Part shown: piece after piece, positions 8,877 to 18,978 of the stretch
Layout: each line of letters starts with the position of its first letter
Numbering within the stretch: position 1 is the stretch's first letter
Assembly: GCA_965201075.1 (NCBI GenBank)
Contig: CBDAVP010000014.1
Location: forward strand, 62,001-126,000
Direction: 5' to 3'
Length of the DNA: 64,000 nucleotides
Origin: Isosphaeraceae bacterium
GTDB lineage: Bacteria > Planctomycetota > Planctomycetia > Isosphaerales > Isosphaeraceae
Translations under genes and position numbers: made by a program
Notes under the pieces: generated by a model
What the model was told of the DNA's origin: nothing
The model's database searches: none
The model's input: the letters and a program-made list of their open reading frames with translations, nothing else

Positions 8877-9836
8877 ATGCGGCTTAATATCAACGCCACT
8901 GGAGCCAATGCGGTTCCGTTTCCGGTGGGAATCCTGGAGAAGGAGGAATCCAAGCAAGTCGTCGTCGTTGTACATCTCTCAGGAAATGCGTACAGCGCAT
9001 CGCAATTGGATGCCATTTTGAATGCGATGGCGGGGAAGAAAGGGTTTGAGTGGTTGAAACCGTCCGGCACGTTGTGGTCTATTGACGCTGGGAAGCTCTG
9101 CGAGGCTCACTCCGAGCTTCGAGTGATTCCTTGGTTCAAAGGAAAACTCGAAACTGTTTACGAGACGCAGTTCGGGAGTCTCCGGGGTTCGATGGGCAAT
9201 CACTCTTCTGAGGGCCGAGGGCTCTCCGTCGTGGGCCATCACCCCTTGACGGCCCTCGCTTTCGTTCTCGATGAAGAGGTCGCTTCGGACAGCAATCGGG
9301 TCTTCTATTCTTGGATGTCGGATCGAGACAATTTCAGCAACCGGAGTTTCATCCAGGACTGTCTTGAGAAAGCGGTGAAGCTGATTGCGAAGGATGGTTC
9401 CATTGGAGTCACTCCCGCTCTCGATAGAGACACACAAGGCGAGTCGGGGTCACCTGACATTGCAGCGACGATCTTCCGCAAGATCGCTAGAGCTAGGGCG
9501 GTGGTAGCCGATGTGACCTTGGTAAACTCAAGACCTCAGTGGGGGAGAGGGTGGCTGGCTTCCCTGGCAGGCATCGGAGATATGAGGCTGTCGCCAAACC
9601 CAAATGTGTTGGTCGAGCTTGGATACGCCGCAGGCCAGCTTGGATGGGAGCGATGCTTGCTTGTCGTGAATACGGCATTTGGTCCTGTTGAACAGTTGCC
9701 CTTTGACCTCCGTGGCAGGCGCATTCTCCCCTATAAAGTTGAGAGGAAAGCAGACCGGGAGGCGGCGAGAACTTCACTCATCCCCTTCTTGAAGAACCAG
9801 CTTGTCGAGGCGATGGAACTCACCAAAACATCTTAG
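8877..9836 (+). CDS. TIR-like / nucleoside deoxyribosyltransferase-like domain protein
   Basis: VFYSWMSD, GSPDIAATIFRKI, VADVT, PNPNVLVELGYA, LPFDL. Visibly lower GC than the flanks. Confidence 0.75.
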   Translation: MRLNINATGANAVPFPVGILEKEESKQVVVVVHLSGNAYSASQLDAILNAMAGKKGFEWLKPSGTLWSIDAGKLCEAHSELRVIPWFKGKLETVYETQFGSLRGSMGNHSSEGRGLSVVGHHPLTALAFVLDEEVASDSNRVFYSWMSDRDNFSNRSFIQDCLEKAVKLIAKDGSIGVTPALDRDTQGESGSPDIAATIFRKIARARAVVADVTLVNSRPQWGRGWLASLAGIGDMRLSPNPNVLVELGYAAGQLGWERCLLVVNTAFGPVEQLPFDLRGRRILPYKVERKADREAARTSLIPFLKNQLVEAMELTKTS

Positions 9837-9929
9837 ACCACTGCCCGCTACAACACCGAGTATAGTGGACCCCGGAAATTGGACCATCCGGCAAGTTATA
9901 CTTGACGAGGTTCAAACCGAGGGTGACGC

Positions 9930-10214
9930 ATGGCTCGAATCCGCAAGAAACACTCGCCAGCCTTCAAGGCCCAGGTCGCTCTGGAGGCCGCCAAGCAGGC
10001 CAAGACCATCGCCGAGTTGGCCAAGCAGTTTCAGGTCCACCCGGTCCAGATCAGCCAGTGGAAGAAGCAACTCCTCGATGGCTTGGAGACCCTCTTCCAG
10101 AACGGATCAGCGGCCCGACAGCCCGATCCCGAGAAGATCCAGGCTGAACTCTACGAGCAACTCGGGCGGCTCCAAATGGAGTTGGCCTGGGTGAAAAAAA
10201 AATCTGCCTCGTGA
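9930..10214 (+). CDS. IS3 transposase OrfA
   Basis: RKKHSPAFKAQVALEA...VHPVQISQWKKQL HTH. Confidence 0.92.
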   Translation: MARIRKKHSPAFKAQVALEAAKQAKTIAELAKQFQVHPVQISQWKKQLLDGLETLFQNGSAARQPDPEKIQAELYEQLGRLQMELAWVKKKSAS

Positions 10215-10233
10215 GGTCGAGGCCAAGCGGGTC

Positions 10234-11055
10234 TTGATTGAACCAAAACATCCTCGACTGAGTATCCGTCGGCAATGCGAATTGCTGGGCCTTAACCGGG
10301 CGAGCTACTATCACGAGCCGGCGACGGAGACGATCGAGAACCTGCGACTGATGAAGCGGATCGACGAGCAATATCTCAAGACACCCTTCTTCGGCAGTCG
10401 TCGGATGGCGATCGTGCTGGGCGGTGAGGGGGAGGAGGTCAACCGTAAGCGAGTCAAACGCCTGATGGCCTTGATGGGCCTGGAGGCGATCCATCCCGGC
10501 CCTCGAACGACGGTGGCGAACCCGGATCACAAGGTCTATCCCTACCTGCTCAGAGGAGTGAAGATCGAGCGTCGGGATCAGGTCTGGTCCTCGGATATCA
10601 CGTACATCCCGATGCATCAGGGGTTCATGTACTTGACGGCCGTGATCGACTGGTACAGCCGGTACGTCCTATCCTGGCACCTCTCCAATAGCCTGGACGG
10701 GAGGTTCTGCCAGGAGTCTTTGGAAGAGGCCTTGAGGGGAGGAACGCCGGAGATCTTCAACACCGATCAGGGGGTGCAGTATACGGCGAGATCGTTCACG
10801 GGTCGGCTGGAGACGGCTGGGGTCTTGGTGAGCATGGACGGCCGGGGGAGGGCGTTGGACAACGTGTTCGTGGAGCGACTTTGGAGGTCTCTGAAATACG
10901 AGGAGGTTTATCTGAAGGACTACCGGAGCGTGGCGGAGTTGGTGTCGGGTCTGACGAACTGGTTCCGGTTCTACAACCACGAGAGGCCTCATCAGAGCCT
11001 GAAGTATCGGGCGCCCGCCGAGGTCTACCAGGAGGCCGGGAGGGGCTCAAGATGA
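10234..11055 (+). CDS. IS3 transposase OrfB (DDE), reached by -1 frameshift
   Basis: WSSDITY, NTDQGVQY, DNVFVERLWRSLKYE. Confidence 0.93.
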   Translation: MIEPKHPRLSIRRQCELLGLNRASYYHEPATETIENLRLMKRIDEQYLKTPFFGSRRMAIVLGGEGEEVNRKRVKRLMALMGLEAIHPGPRTTVANPDHKVYPYLLRGVKIERRDQVWSSDITYIPMHQGFMYLTAVIDWYSRYVLSWHLSNSLDGRFCQESLEEALRGGTPEIFNTDQGVQYTARSFTGRLETAGVLVSMDGRGRALDNVFVERLWRSLKYEEVYLKDYRSVAELVSGLTNWFRFYNHERPHQSLKYRAPAEVYQEAGRGSR

Positions 11056-11550
11056 GCCGAGGGAGGTCGGGACCATAACTAGGAAATCGGGTTCAGTGGT
11101 CTAGACTTTGGGGTCCACTTCAGAGTCAGCGCCACCACTGCTCAATCTGCTTCAGAGGTTGGAGGAAACCGACCGTGCCTCATTCGTTGCATGAAGTCCT
11201 CGGCGAGGTAGCGTTAGAAGTTATCCTTGCGTACTTCAGTCTCGTCAACGACCCGGCGTGCCGAGGTGATCATTTCATCCGGTTGTTTTGCTCTGAGAAG
11301 CGGTCCCTGGCGACCGTGTTTTGATCGGCGGGTGGCGTTCTTCAAGTTTGTTGATACGGCGGGTCTGCCGGCCGGTTCACTGAAGCGATATCAGTGGCGG
11401 AATATCGAACGGTCGATCCAGTCGATCCTGCCTCTCGGGGGTATCATGGAGTACCGGCTGTTCTGCGGTGACGACGCAGAGTTCCTGTGATCTGCCCGCC
11501 AGACAGTCATCGAGGCGTTCTTGCAAGCGTGTCAATATCCCGGCAAGTGC

Positions 11551-13083
11551 TCAGCACCCGAGAAGGCTCTCTGGCGTCATGGGGTAGTAGATGCCGCCCT
11601 CGGCTTCATCCAGGGGGTTTCCGGCTGGGTCGGTGAAGCACTGGTCCGAAACCCCGGCCAATGGCGGTTTCGGATAGCTGTTAACCCCGGCCACCCCGTA
11701 CCGTGATAGCAGCGAGCCACCGCACCACCACGCCGTACAGGTACAGACAAAGGCATCGAAGGTGTGGTCGCTCGCCCTCACATCATCTACCAGTACATTT
11801 CCCCAGAAGGCTCCGCAGTCCCGATCTGATGGTTCGTCATTCGCACCGGCCAAACGTATCACCCGTCGCTGAATCAGGTCAACTACGGCCGCTCTAGTGG
11901 TCGGCCCTCGCTCTTTTTTTTTCAGGTCGGGATGCCAGAGGCCCGCTGCTACGAGGCTTGCGACCGGGTAGCATTCGAACAGATACACGTTCTCTTCGAG
12001 TTCCCACACAGAAGGTCCCACCGGCCGTGCGCCCAGTGCGCAAGCGACCCGAATCCAACGAGCGATGGCACGACCGATCTTATCCGCCACGGTGCAAAGT
12101 GGGCTCGTCGTGAAGCTGCTCGACGCCTTTACCGATCCGCCTTTGTTCCTTTTTGCGTCTCTCTTGGGGTCACTTTCGGAGAAGAACGCCGTCGTGAGCG
12201 ACTGGTAATGCTGCCACAGCGAGAGCCGAGAGTCAGCCGTAGTCCAACTCTCAGGCGCAAAGAGGGTTCTCTTCAGTTGCTTCTCGCAGGCACGAAACAC
12301 GAGGTCGTCAACGAGCGTAAACTGGTCCGTGTGAGGCTTGGTTTGGAGAGGATGCAGTGCCAGGTAGGAGGCGAACGCCTTCGGGTAGCCAAACGGAATG
12401 TTCACGGCAACGATTGCCTTCCGCCTCTCCTCCTGACAACGTGCGGAAAGCTCTTTGAGCAGACCAGCGACGGTGGGCAGGCTCCAATCATCCTCCCATT
12501 GGTCGGTTGACTTCCAAGGTCTTACTCGGAGGGTGGGACCGTCCGCTTCGTTCGACATGACGTCCCCGATTGCGATAGCGCACTTCGACGTCTCGGATGA
12601 GATATCGATCCCGCAGAAGATCGGAGAACGATCTTCGCACGCCAAAAGCATCGCCTGAAGTGGCTCCGGGTCGGCCAGCCGGTGATCGTTGCCGACGACG
12701 ACCAAGGCAGACCCAGCCAGCCCGCTAGCTCGCTCCAGTTCCCGGCTCTCGGCGAAGGGGATCACGTCGTCGGCCTCGCTGTGCAGGACCACCGTGCCCG
12801 GCCTGACCATCCTGGCGGTTCCCCACCGCTTCCACGCTGGGCAGAGCAGGACCAGCGGGGTCGAGCCCGAGTCGAGGTTCATCGCCACGGCCCCGCCCCG
12901 GGACGAGCCGACGATCACGTCGGGGCGGTGCCGGTCGTACTCGGCCTGGGCGGTGCGGACGGCCTCGTCGAAGTCATCGTCATCAAGGGCGGGGTTGATA
13001 ACCGTGTGCCCGTGACTGGCTAGATAGGTCGGCTTGACGCCGCCCGGGACCGAGTGCCAGCCGTGGAGGAAGAGGATCTTCAT
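11551..13083 (-). CDS. Alpha/beta hydrolase fused to DUF429-like (RNase H fold) domain
   Basis: FLHGW, GSSRGG, DHRL in the first ~150 aa; then GIDIS, NIPFGYP, FECYP, HTFDA. Confidence 0.7.
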   Translation of the reverse strand: MKILFLHGWHSVPGGVKPTYLASHGHTVINPALDDDDFDEAVRTAQAEYDRHRPDVIVGSSRGGAVAMNLDSGSTPLVLLCPAWKRWGTARMVRPGTVVLHSEADDVIPFAESRELERASGLAGSALVVVGNDHRLADPEPLQAMLLACEDRSPIFCGIDISSETSKCAIAIGDVMSNEADGPTLRVRPWKSTDQWEDDWSLPTVAGLLKELSARCQEERRKAIVAVNIPFGYPKAFASYLALHPLQTKPHTDQFTLVDDLVFRACEKQLKRTLFAPESWTTADSRLSLWQHYQSLTTAFFSESDPKRDAKRNKGGSVKASSSFTTSPLCTVADKIGRAIARWIRVACALGARPVGPSVWELEENVYLFECYPVASLVAAGLWHPDLKKKERGPTTRAAVVDLIQRRVIRLAGANDEPSDRDCGAFWGNVLVDDVRASDHTFDAFVCTCTAWWCGGSLLSRYGVAGVNSYPKPPLAGVSDQCFTDPAGNPLDEAEGGIYYPMTPESLLGC

Positions 13084-13259
13084 AAATTTTTGGCCCTGAT
13101 TTTGGCTGTGACCCAGGTCGCTAAAGCCACGACAATGGTAGACTTAGGGCGATTGCTTGCAAGCTCTTGGCCCCAGGTTTACCTTGATTGATCCCGGCAA
13201 AAGACGAGGCGTAGCGACGATCGGGATCTTGCTTCCTTATTTCAGGGCCAGGAGCTTCG

Positions 13260-14354
13260 ATGGCTGCCGAATGGTACTTCCGGGTCATGGGCACCGAATT
13301 CGGCCCCCTCACCGCACCGGAATTGGTCCAGAAAGTTTCGGCCGGCAGGATCACCCCCGAGACTGATGTCAGGAAGGGGGATGGGCATTGGATCGCCGCA
13401 GCGAAGGTGTCTGGTCTATTTGACCGTGCCGCCCAGGCCAATGCGACGGCGTCGAAGCCGACATCCTCGGCCTCCGCAGCCGATGCCGCCGGCGTCCAGG
13501 CAGGGTCCTCCGACCCGTTCGGGGTTTCGTCATCTCCTTCGGGCCGCTACGAAATTCTCGACTCGGCTGAGGTCGACGGTTTCAAGGTCGAGATCCTGGC
13601 CTATCCCAAGCTCGGCGGCGCCAAGGACCACCAGACCGCAGCCACCGTCTACTTCGCCAACCAGGCCGGTATCCGGCTCAAACAGGTCCGCATTACCCTG
13701 CGGGACGGCGAGGCGATCGCCGAGTCGGGGGCCCTCCACTTCATGCTCGGCCAGATCCAGATGGAGAGCAAGATCGGAGGCGTCTCGGGGCTCGGCAAGG
13801 CGGTCATGAACAAGTTCGTGACCAAGGAGGCGGCGGTCATCCCACGCTACCGGGGCACGGGCCAAATCTACCTCGAACCGTCGTTCAGCCACTTCCTGAT
13901 CTATCGTCTCAATGGAGAAGAGGTGGTCGCCGACAAAGGGAAGTTCTACTGCGGCCAGGGCTCACTTGACCTGGGCTCGGCGTTGCAGAAGAACGTCTCA
14001 TCGGCGATGTTCGGGGGCGAGGGCTGGTTCCAGACCCGGATCAGGGGGACGGGGATCTGTGTGCTGGAGTCGCCGGTGCCCGCCGACGAGGTGCTGCGGG
14101 TCGATCTGAAGGACGAGACCTTGCAGGTGGACGGCAACTTCGCCCTCATGAGGACCGGGCGGATCGAATTCTCGGTCGAGAAATCCACCAGGAGCCTGCT
14201 GGGCACTCTCACGAGCGGTGAGGGGCTGCTCCAGACGTTCCGGGGGACCGGCTCGGTCTGGCTGGCCCCGACCCAGGAAATCTATCAGAAGTTGCAGGCG
14301 GGGGGCATGGCCGCCCTGGGGGCCGCCACCAGGACGTCGAACACGGCCACTTAA
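13260..14354 (+). CDS. GYF_2 domain + AIM24 family protein
   Basis: WYFRVMGTEFGP...ITPETDV; FGGEGWFQT, VDGNFA, SGEGLLQTFRGTGSVW. Confidence 0.85.
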   Translation: MAAEWYFRVMGTEFGPLTAPELVQKVSAGRITPETDVRKGDGHWIAAAKVSGLFDRAAQANATASKPTSSASAADAAGVQAGSSDPFGVSSSPSGRYEILDSAEVDGFKVEILAYPKLGGAKDHQTAATVYFANQAGIRLKQVRITLRDGEAIAESGALHFMLGQIQMESKIGGVSGLGKAVMNKFVTKEAAVIPRYRGTGQIYLEPSFSHFLIYRLNGEEVVADKGKFYCGQGSLDLGSALQKNVSSAMFGGEGWFQTRIRGTGICVLESPVPADEVLRVDLKDETLQVDGNFALMRTGRIEFSVEKSTRSLLGTLTSGEGLLQTFRGTGSVWLAPTQEIYQKLQAGGMAALGAATRTSNTAT

Positions 14355-14718
14355 GCCGAGAATTGTAGGGCCCGCCGAACCGTTGGTCGGCTTCTCCTAA
14401 GAGTTTGGTTTTTTTCTTGATTATCATAAAATATTGACATATTTTGAGAATTGGATATTTCTGGTTTGGGTGTTTGTGAAGGCTAGGAGTTCTGGATGAT
14501 CGCTGTATTTCTCCTCATTTATCCGTACAGAAATTGAGAGTACCTCTTCGACGAAGGGGGTCGTGGATGAGACAAAGCCAACTTCCAGGATGGGTTTGAC
14601 CGATTGTTCCGCAATCTGTTCGCTGGTACACTCCTGGAAGTCCGATTGTGCTGCGTCCCAACCGATTCGTCGAAGTCAGTCAGATTAGGTTTTTGTAAAT
14701 GCCCGGCGAGGATGCATC

Positions 14719-16617
14719 ATGGCATCAAGCTCCAAGAAGCCGCAAAATAAAGCTCGAAAGAAGCCGAATGGGCTCACGCTGAAGGTTCAGGGTATCAAAA
14801 AGAATACGAGTAAATCGTCCGCAAAATCGAAGGCATCGTCACCGGACAGAACGATTAAGTCCGCAACGAATTTGAAGAATAAGACCACTGCGAAGACGAA
14901 GGTGAAAACCGCTGGACAGCCCTTGGCAAAGACTACTGCGAAATCGAACCAGAAGACATCCCAGAAGCCAAAGGCTAAGACCTCCGCAAAGCTGAAGGTA
15001 AAGGCTGTCGGGAAGGCTACGGCTCAGGCCGTAGCGAAGTCGAAGGTGAAAACCGCTGCGAAGACGAAGGATAAATCCGCCAGGAAGGCATCGAGCAAGG
15101 CTCAGCGAGCCCTCGTGGTAGGGATCAGCAGCTATCCTACGCCGATCGACCCACTTCCCGCCGTCGCCGCCGACGTGCGAGAGATGGGCAAGATACTCCG
15201 CTCGAAGGACGGCGCTTTCCGAACCACCGGCGTGTCCGTCCTGACCGATCGGGCGGCGACTCGCAAGGAGATCCTGGCATCGCTCCGGGCGACTCTCGGC
15301 GGGGCGTCTGCGGACCAGACTGTCTTCGTTTATCTCGCTGGCCATGGTGGCATCGAGAAGGGGGAGTACTATTTCATCGCCCACGACACGGATTGCGGCA
15401 GGATGGCTGAGACGGGGGTCCCACTCAGGCAGATCAAGAACTTGTTCGATGGCTCCCGCAGCCGTCGAGTCTTCCTCTGGCTAGATTTCTGCCATTCCGG
15501 CGGAATCCTCGTCCGGGGCCGACGCTCCCCGATGCCCGATGATCGGTTCATCATCAAGAGGACGATCGACGTGGTCCAAGGGCAAGGCAAGGTCATTGTT
15601 GCGGCCTGCTCCCCCGTCCAATCGGCCTACGAGGACCCTCTGGGGCACGGCCTGTTCACCGGCGCCCTCCTGCGGGGCCTCAGGGGCGATGCCTCGGCCA
15701 ACGGCGAGGTCACGTCGAACTCGCTCTACGATTTCATCGATCGGGAGATCGGCAGCCCCCAGCAACGCCCGATGCAGTTCGGCCACATGAGCGGTCGAAT
15801 CGTCCTGATGCACTACCGGGATCGTTCGAACGTCGGGGCGGCTCAAACCAAACCGTCCATGATCAAGGCCAAGAAGGCAGCCCCCAAGAAGAAGACGCCC
15901 TCGGTGCCTAAGGGAACCTGGGTCATGCTGGGGAGGCATTACTTTCTCGCCCAGTCCGTGAAGTCGAATAAAGACGGCACCATCAGCCTCGTGATTTCGC
16001 CAGCCAGCGGGGATGAGGAGGCGAACCTCGCCAATATGCGACCGGGCCTTTACGGCGGCGGTTCGACACTCCCGTATGCCTGGAACAACGACGCCGGCTC
16101 GGCTCGGGTCCGGGAGGTCGAGTCTGAGATGGCCGGAGGCCGACACTTCTGGACGATCACCCTCGCCCCGCAGGATGGCGGCTCGGGAGGCAACTTCGGC
16201 GATGTGTCAATTGAGACGAACGGGAGGCGTTACACCGGCGAGGATATCGCCAAGCTCCGGGCAGGGCGAATCCTCCTGAATCACCCGCCCGAGGAGCCCG
16301 GGAAGGGCCACAACTACGGCACGGACGGTATCCTTGAAAGCTACATCCGGGGGTCCAGCGGACGTTGCGAGGTCCGGGGCAGCCCGATCCGCCAGGTCTA
16401 CTCCGAGCATGGTCGCAGCCGGAACTGGAAGCAGTTCGCCCGCCTCAAGGCCATATTCACGCTCAAGGCTTCGGGAACGGTGGACCGCATCCTCGAATTG
16501 ACCCTAGGAGCGGTGCGAGCGGGCAAATTGTCGGTGAAGTTCCGGGGCCGGAGGAGCCAGTCTGGCTCGGAAAAGTCGTCGGACATGGAAATCCAGGGCG
16601 AATGCCCCCTGGGATGA
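14719..16617 (+). CDS. Caspase-like (C14) peptidase with histone H1-like Lys/Ala-rich N-terminus
   Basis: ALVVGIS.Y, YLAGHG and LDFCHSG catalytic dyad, HGLFT; about 125 aa of K/A/T-rich repeats at the N-terminus. Confidence 0.88.
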   Translation: MASSSKKPQNKARKKPNGLTLKVQGIKKNTSKSSAKSKASSPDRTIKSATNLKNKTTAKTKVKTAGQPLAKTTAKSNQKTSQKPKAKTSAKLKVKAVGKATAQAVAKSKVKTAAKTKDKSARKASSKAQRALVVGISSYPTPIDPLPAVAADVREMGKILRSKDGAFRTTGVSVLTDRAATRKEILASLRATLGGASADQTVFVYLAGHGGIEKGEYYFIAHDTDCGRMAETGVPLRQIKNLFDGSRSRRVFLWLDFCHSGGILVRGRRSPMPDDRFIIKRTIDVVQGQGKVIVAACSPVQSAYEDPLGHGLFTGALLRGLRGDASANGEVTSNSLYDFIDREIGSPQQRPMQFGHMSGRIVLMHYRDRSNVGAAQTKPSMIKAKKAAPKKKTPSVPKGTWVMLGRHYFLAQSVKSNKDGTISLVISPASGDEEANLANMRPGLYGGGSTLPYAWNNDAGSARVREVESEMAGGRHFWTITLAPQDGGSGGNFGDVSIETNGRRYTGEDIAKLRAGRILLNHPPEEPGKGHNYGTDGILESYIRGSSGRCEVRGSPIRQVYSEHGRSRNWKQFARLKAIFTLKASGTVDRILELTLGAVRAGKLSVKFRGRRSQSGSEKSSDMEIQGECPLG

Positions 16618-16669
16618 GGTGCTTCGCCGAGGTGTGACGGGTTCGATCCGAGATCGACGAGGTGACGAG

Positions 16670-17455
16670 GTGGTGAGCGAGGCTGACTTCAAGCGGTGCA
16701 TCGACCTCCTGGATGGCGTGACGGCTGCCTTTCTTGTCGCCAGGAAGGGGCTCAATGCACCGACTCATTACGAGGCCGACCTCGCCGCCTTCCAACTCAT
16801 GGAGGTCAGCTTCCGGCACATCAACGCCGTGACGGGTGTTGCTCTCATGCCGAAGCCAGGATCACATTTGATCTCAGCATGGAGCCTTCTTCGCTCTGCC
16901 TTTGAGGTCTCTCTTACCGCCCACTGGCTCGCCATCAACCCCGACTGGAAAGAGCGGGAAGCACGTTGGCTGGGTTGGGTGTCCGGGGAGGAGAAGTATC
17001 AGCGGAACCTGGCGAGGGACATCGGCAAGGCGGGCGGCGATGGGAGCGGGTTTAACCGCTACGCCGATAAGCTGGAAACTCGCCGCATGGCGATCGCACA
17101 GAAGCTCCCGAAGGACTCACGCATCAAGCGACCGGATATCCCCGGCATGTTGAGGGAGTGCAGGCTCAAGGAGAACCACTACATCGTGTATCGGACCGGC
17201 TCCCAAATTACCCACGGCGGTCCCGCTTGCATCAACGAGGTCTGGAGCCGGGGAGAACACGAGGGGAAGCCCGTTCTTTTCGTCCAGGAGGTGAATTACG
17301 CCGCATGGACTCACCCGCTCCAACTGGCGGGCTGGTGTATCGCACAGGCGGGTTACGTGGTGCTGACCAGGGCGGGAGCCCTCCCCGAGCCGGTGGATAT
17401 GATGATCGAGGCGCAGCAGCAGCTAATCGAGGCAACCTCGCACCTCAGCAAATAG
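16670..17455 (+). CDS. DUF5677-like (HEPN-like) protein
   Basis: LLRSAFE and YRTGSQITHG motifs. Confidence 0.6.
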   Translation: MVSEADFKRCIDLLDGVTAAFLVARKGLNAPTHYEADLAAFQLMEVSFRHINAVTGVALMPKPGSHLISAWSLLRSAFEVSLTAHWLAINPDWKEREARWLGWVSGEEKYQRNLARDIGKAGGDGSGFNRYADKLETRRMAIAQKLPKDSRIKRPDIPGMLRECRLKENHYIVYRTGSQITHGGPACINEVWSRGEHEGKPVLFVQEVNYAAWTHPLQLAGWCIAQAGYVVLTRAGALPEPVDMMIEAQQQLIEATSHLSK

Positions 17456-17480
17456 TGGTCCGAGGAGGGGCTCAGCGACC

Positions 17481-17966
17481 ATGAGCGATGCCGACTACTC
17501 AGAGTACGCCCTGGACGAGTAGCCCGCCATCGCCCTGTTCGCCCAACTCGGGTATGAGACCGCCAACTGCTACTACTAGAAGGTGGGAGGTGCGGCGACT
17601 ACGCTGGGGCGTAAGACCACCAGCGAGGTCATCCTGGCGCCACGGCTGCGTGCCGCCCTCGAACTGATCGAAGGCCGGGAGGACGGGGTCCCGACCGGGA
17701 CGGGCTTCGTCGTGGATACCTTGTTCTCGGCCAGGCACGTCCTGGAGGCGGACTCGGGCTTCAAGGGCGTGATCCGCCGGTCGATCCTGCTGGGCCACGA
17801 CACCGACACGACCGCCGCCGTGGCCGGGGGACTGGCCGGGCTGAGGTTCGGGGTCGAGGGGCTGCCCGAGGACTGGATGGCCTTGCTGGGGGCTAAGGAG
17901 ATGGTCGAAGCGATCTTCGGTCGGCTCGTCATCGGGGAGGCCCCCAATCCTCAACCTCAAGGATGA
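17481..17966 (+). pseudogene. Chimeric remnant: type I RM HsdR N-terminus fused to ADP-ribosylglycohydrolase C-terminus
   Basis: MSDADYSEYALDE*PAIALFAQLGYETANCYY*...GRKTTSEVILAPRLRAALE with two in-frame TAG, then GFVVDTL...LGHDTDTTAAVAGGLAG. Confidence 0.8.
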
Positions 17967-18020
17967 CTCTGCGTATCGGCTGCCGGGCATTGAGGGCCGG
18001 GGTGAGCCCAGGACCGCCCA

Positions 18021-18215
18021 TCAGGGCTCCGGCAGGTCCCCCACGTCGATGGATTTCCCGCTCCTCTCGGCCGCCTGAGCCCGCTCCGACACCCTCTGGA
18101 TGTAGTCGCCAGCCGGGATGTAGCTTTCCGCCTGGTGCCAGAGCCGGAGGACCTGCCGGGCGGTCTCCCGGCCTGCCTGAGGCGTCATCCTGCCGAACTC
18201 CCAACTGATCTCCAA
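18021..18215 (-). CDS. Small hypothetical protein
   Basis: 64-aa ORF within a run of minus-strand genes. Confidence 0.4.
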   Translation of the reverse strand: MEISWEFGRMTPQAGRETARQVLRLWHQAESYIPAGDYIQRVSERAQAAERSGKSIDVGDLPEP

Positions 18216-18573
18216 CTCCCGGATCTGATGGATCGCCCCGTGGAAGCGATAATGCGGCTAGTGGTGGAGGCCGGGCGAGAGGGTCACGACGGGGTGCCAG
18301 TCCTCCCCCGGATTCGCCTTGTCCTCGGGCGACAGGGCTCTCGTCAGGGACGAGTCCTGCAGGGACCTTGTGACAGGCAGCCAGAGCAAGTAGCGAGTGT
18401 ATCGGATGCGGCCTCTGTTCAAGTCGATGTCGCTCTGCGAGCAGTTGTTCCCGACCACGGGAAGAGGCCGACGAGGGACAGGAGCAGCAGCCCCACGGGG
18501 ATGGCGGTGACGAGGATCAAGGTCCTTACCAACAATCGCATGCGAGCCGTCCGACGATTATTTGGAGCGCAAC

Positions 18574-18968
18574 TCACAGCCATCGCCCAGCGATGGACTC
18601 GGTGAAGTGCCCGATCGCCTCCTCGCACAAAGCCCGGCGCACTTCTCTTCCATCCGATCGGCCGCCCGCCACGACTCGCAGTCGATGTTCGGCCTCAGGG
18701 GTGGCGAGGACGACCAGCCCGTCGAGGGCCTGCTGCCAGTTGGCGGGATGGGCGTCGTCGAGGGCGGCGATCTGGAGATCGAGCGTCGAGGGGCAGCGAT
18801 GCTCCAGGACGACTTCAAGAATCTGGGCTCGGACTTGTGGGGCGATCTCGGATCGGTACGTCCAGACCAAAGAGGAGAACCCTGCGGCCCGAAGTCGATG
18901 GAGCCGTGGAAAGCGGGCTCGTGGGAGCCGCTCCTCGCCATCTGAAGGTAATCGTCGGTGGCGCTCAT
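18574..18968 (-). pseudogene. Hypothetical protein, probably frameshifted
   Basis: Plausible N-terminus in ORF 18558-18968 and plausible C-terminus in ORF 18574-18870. Confidence 0.4.
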
Positions 18969-18978
18969 TTCGGCGATT

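Larger units (their letters stand above)
9861..11122 (+). mobile_element. IS3-family insertion sequence
   Basis: Imperfect terminal IRs TATAGTGGACCCC / GGGGTCCACTTCA; GAG duplicated at 9858-9860 and 11123-11125; A9 slippery run at 10194-10202. Confidence 0.93.

Noticed and set aside
1797..13026. Other TAGATA hexamers (1797-1802, 13021-13026)
   Set aside because: Inside coding sequence with no ATG 4-5 nt downstream. They show the hexamer can occur by chance.
17481..17582. Stop-codon recoding (two in-frame TAG)
   Set aside because: The gene is also truncated and fused, so ordinary decay explains it.
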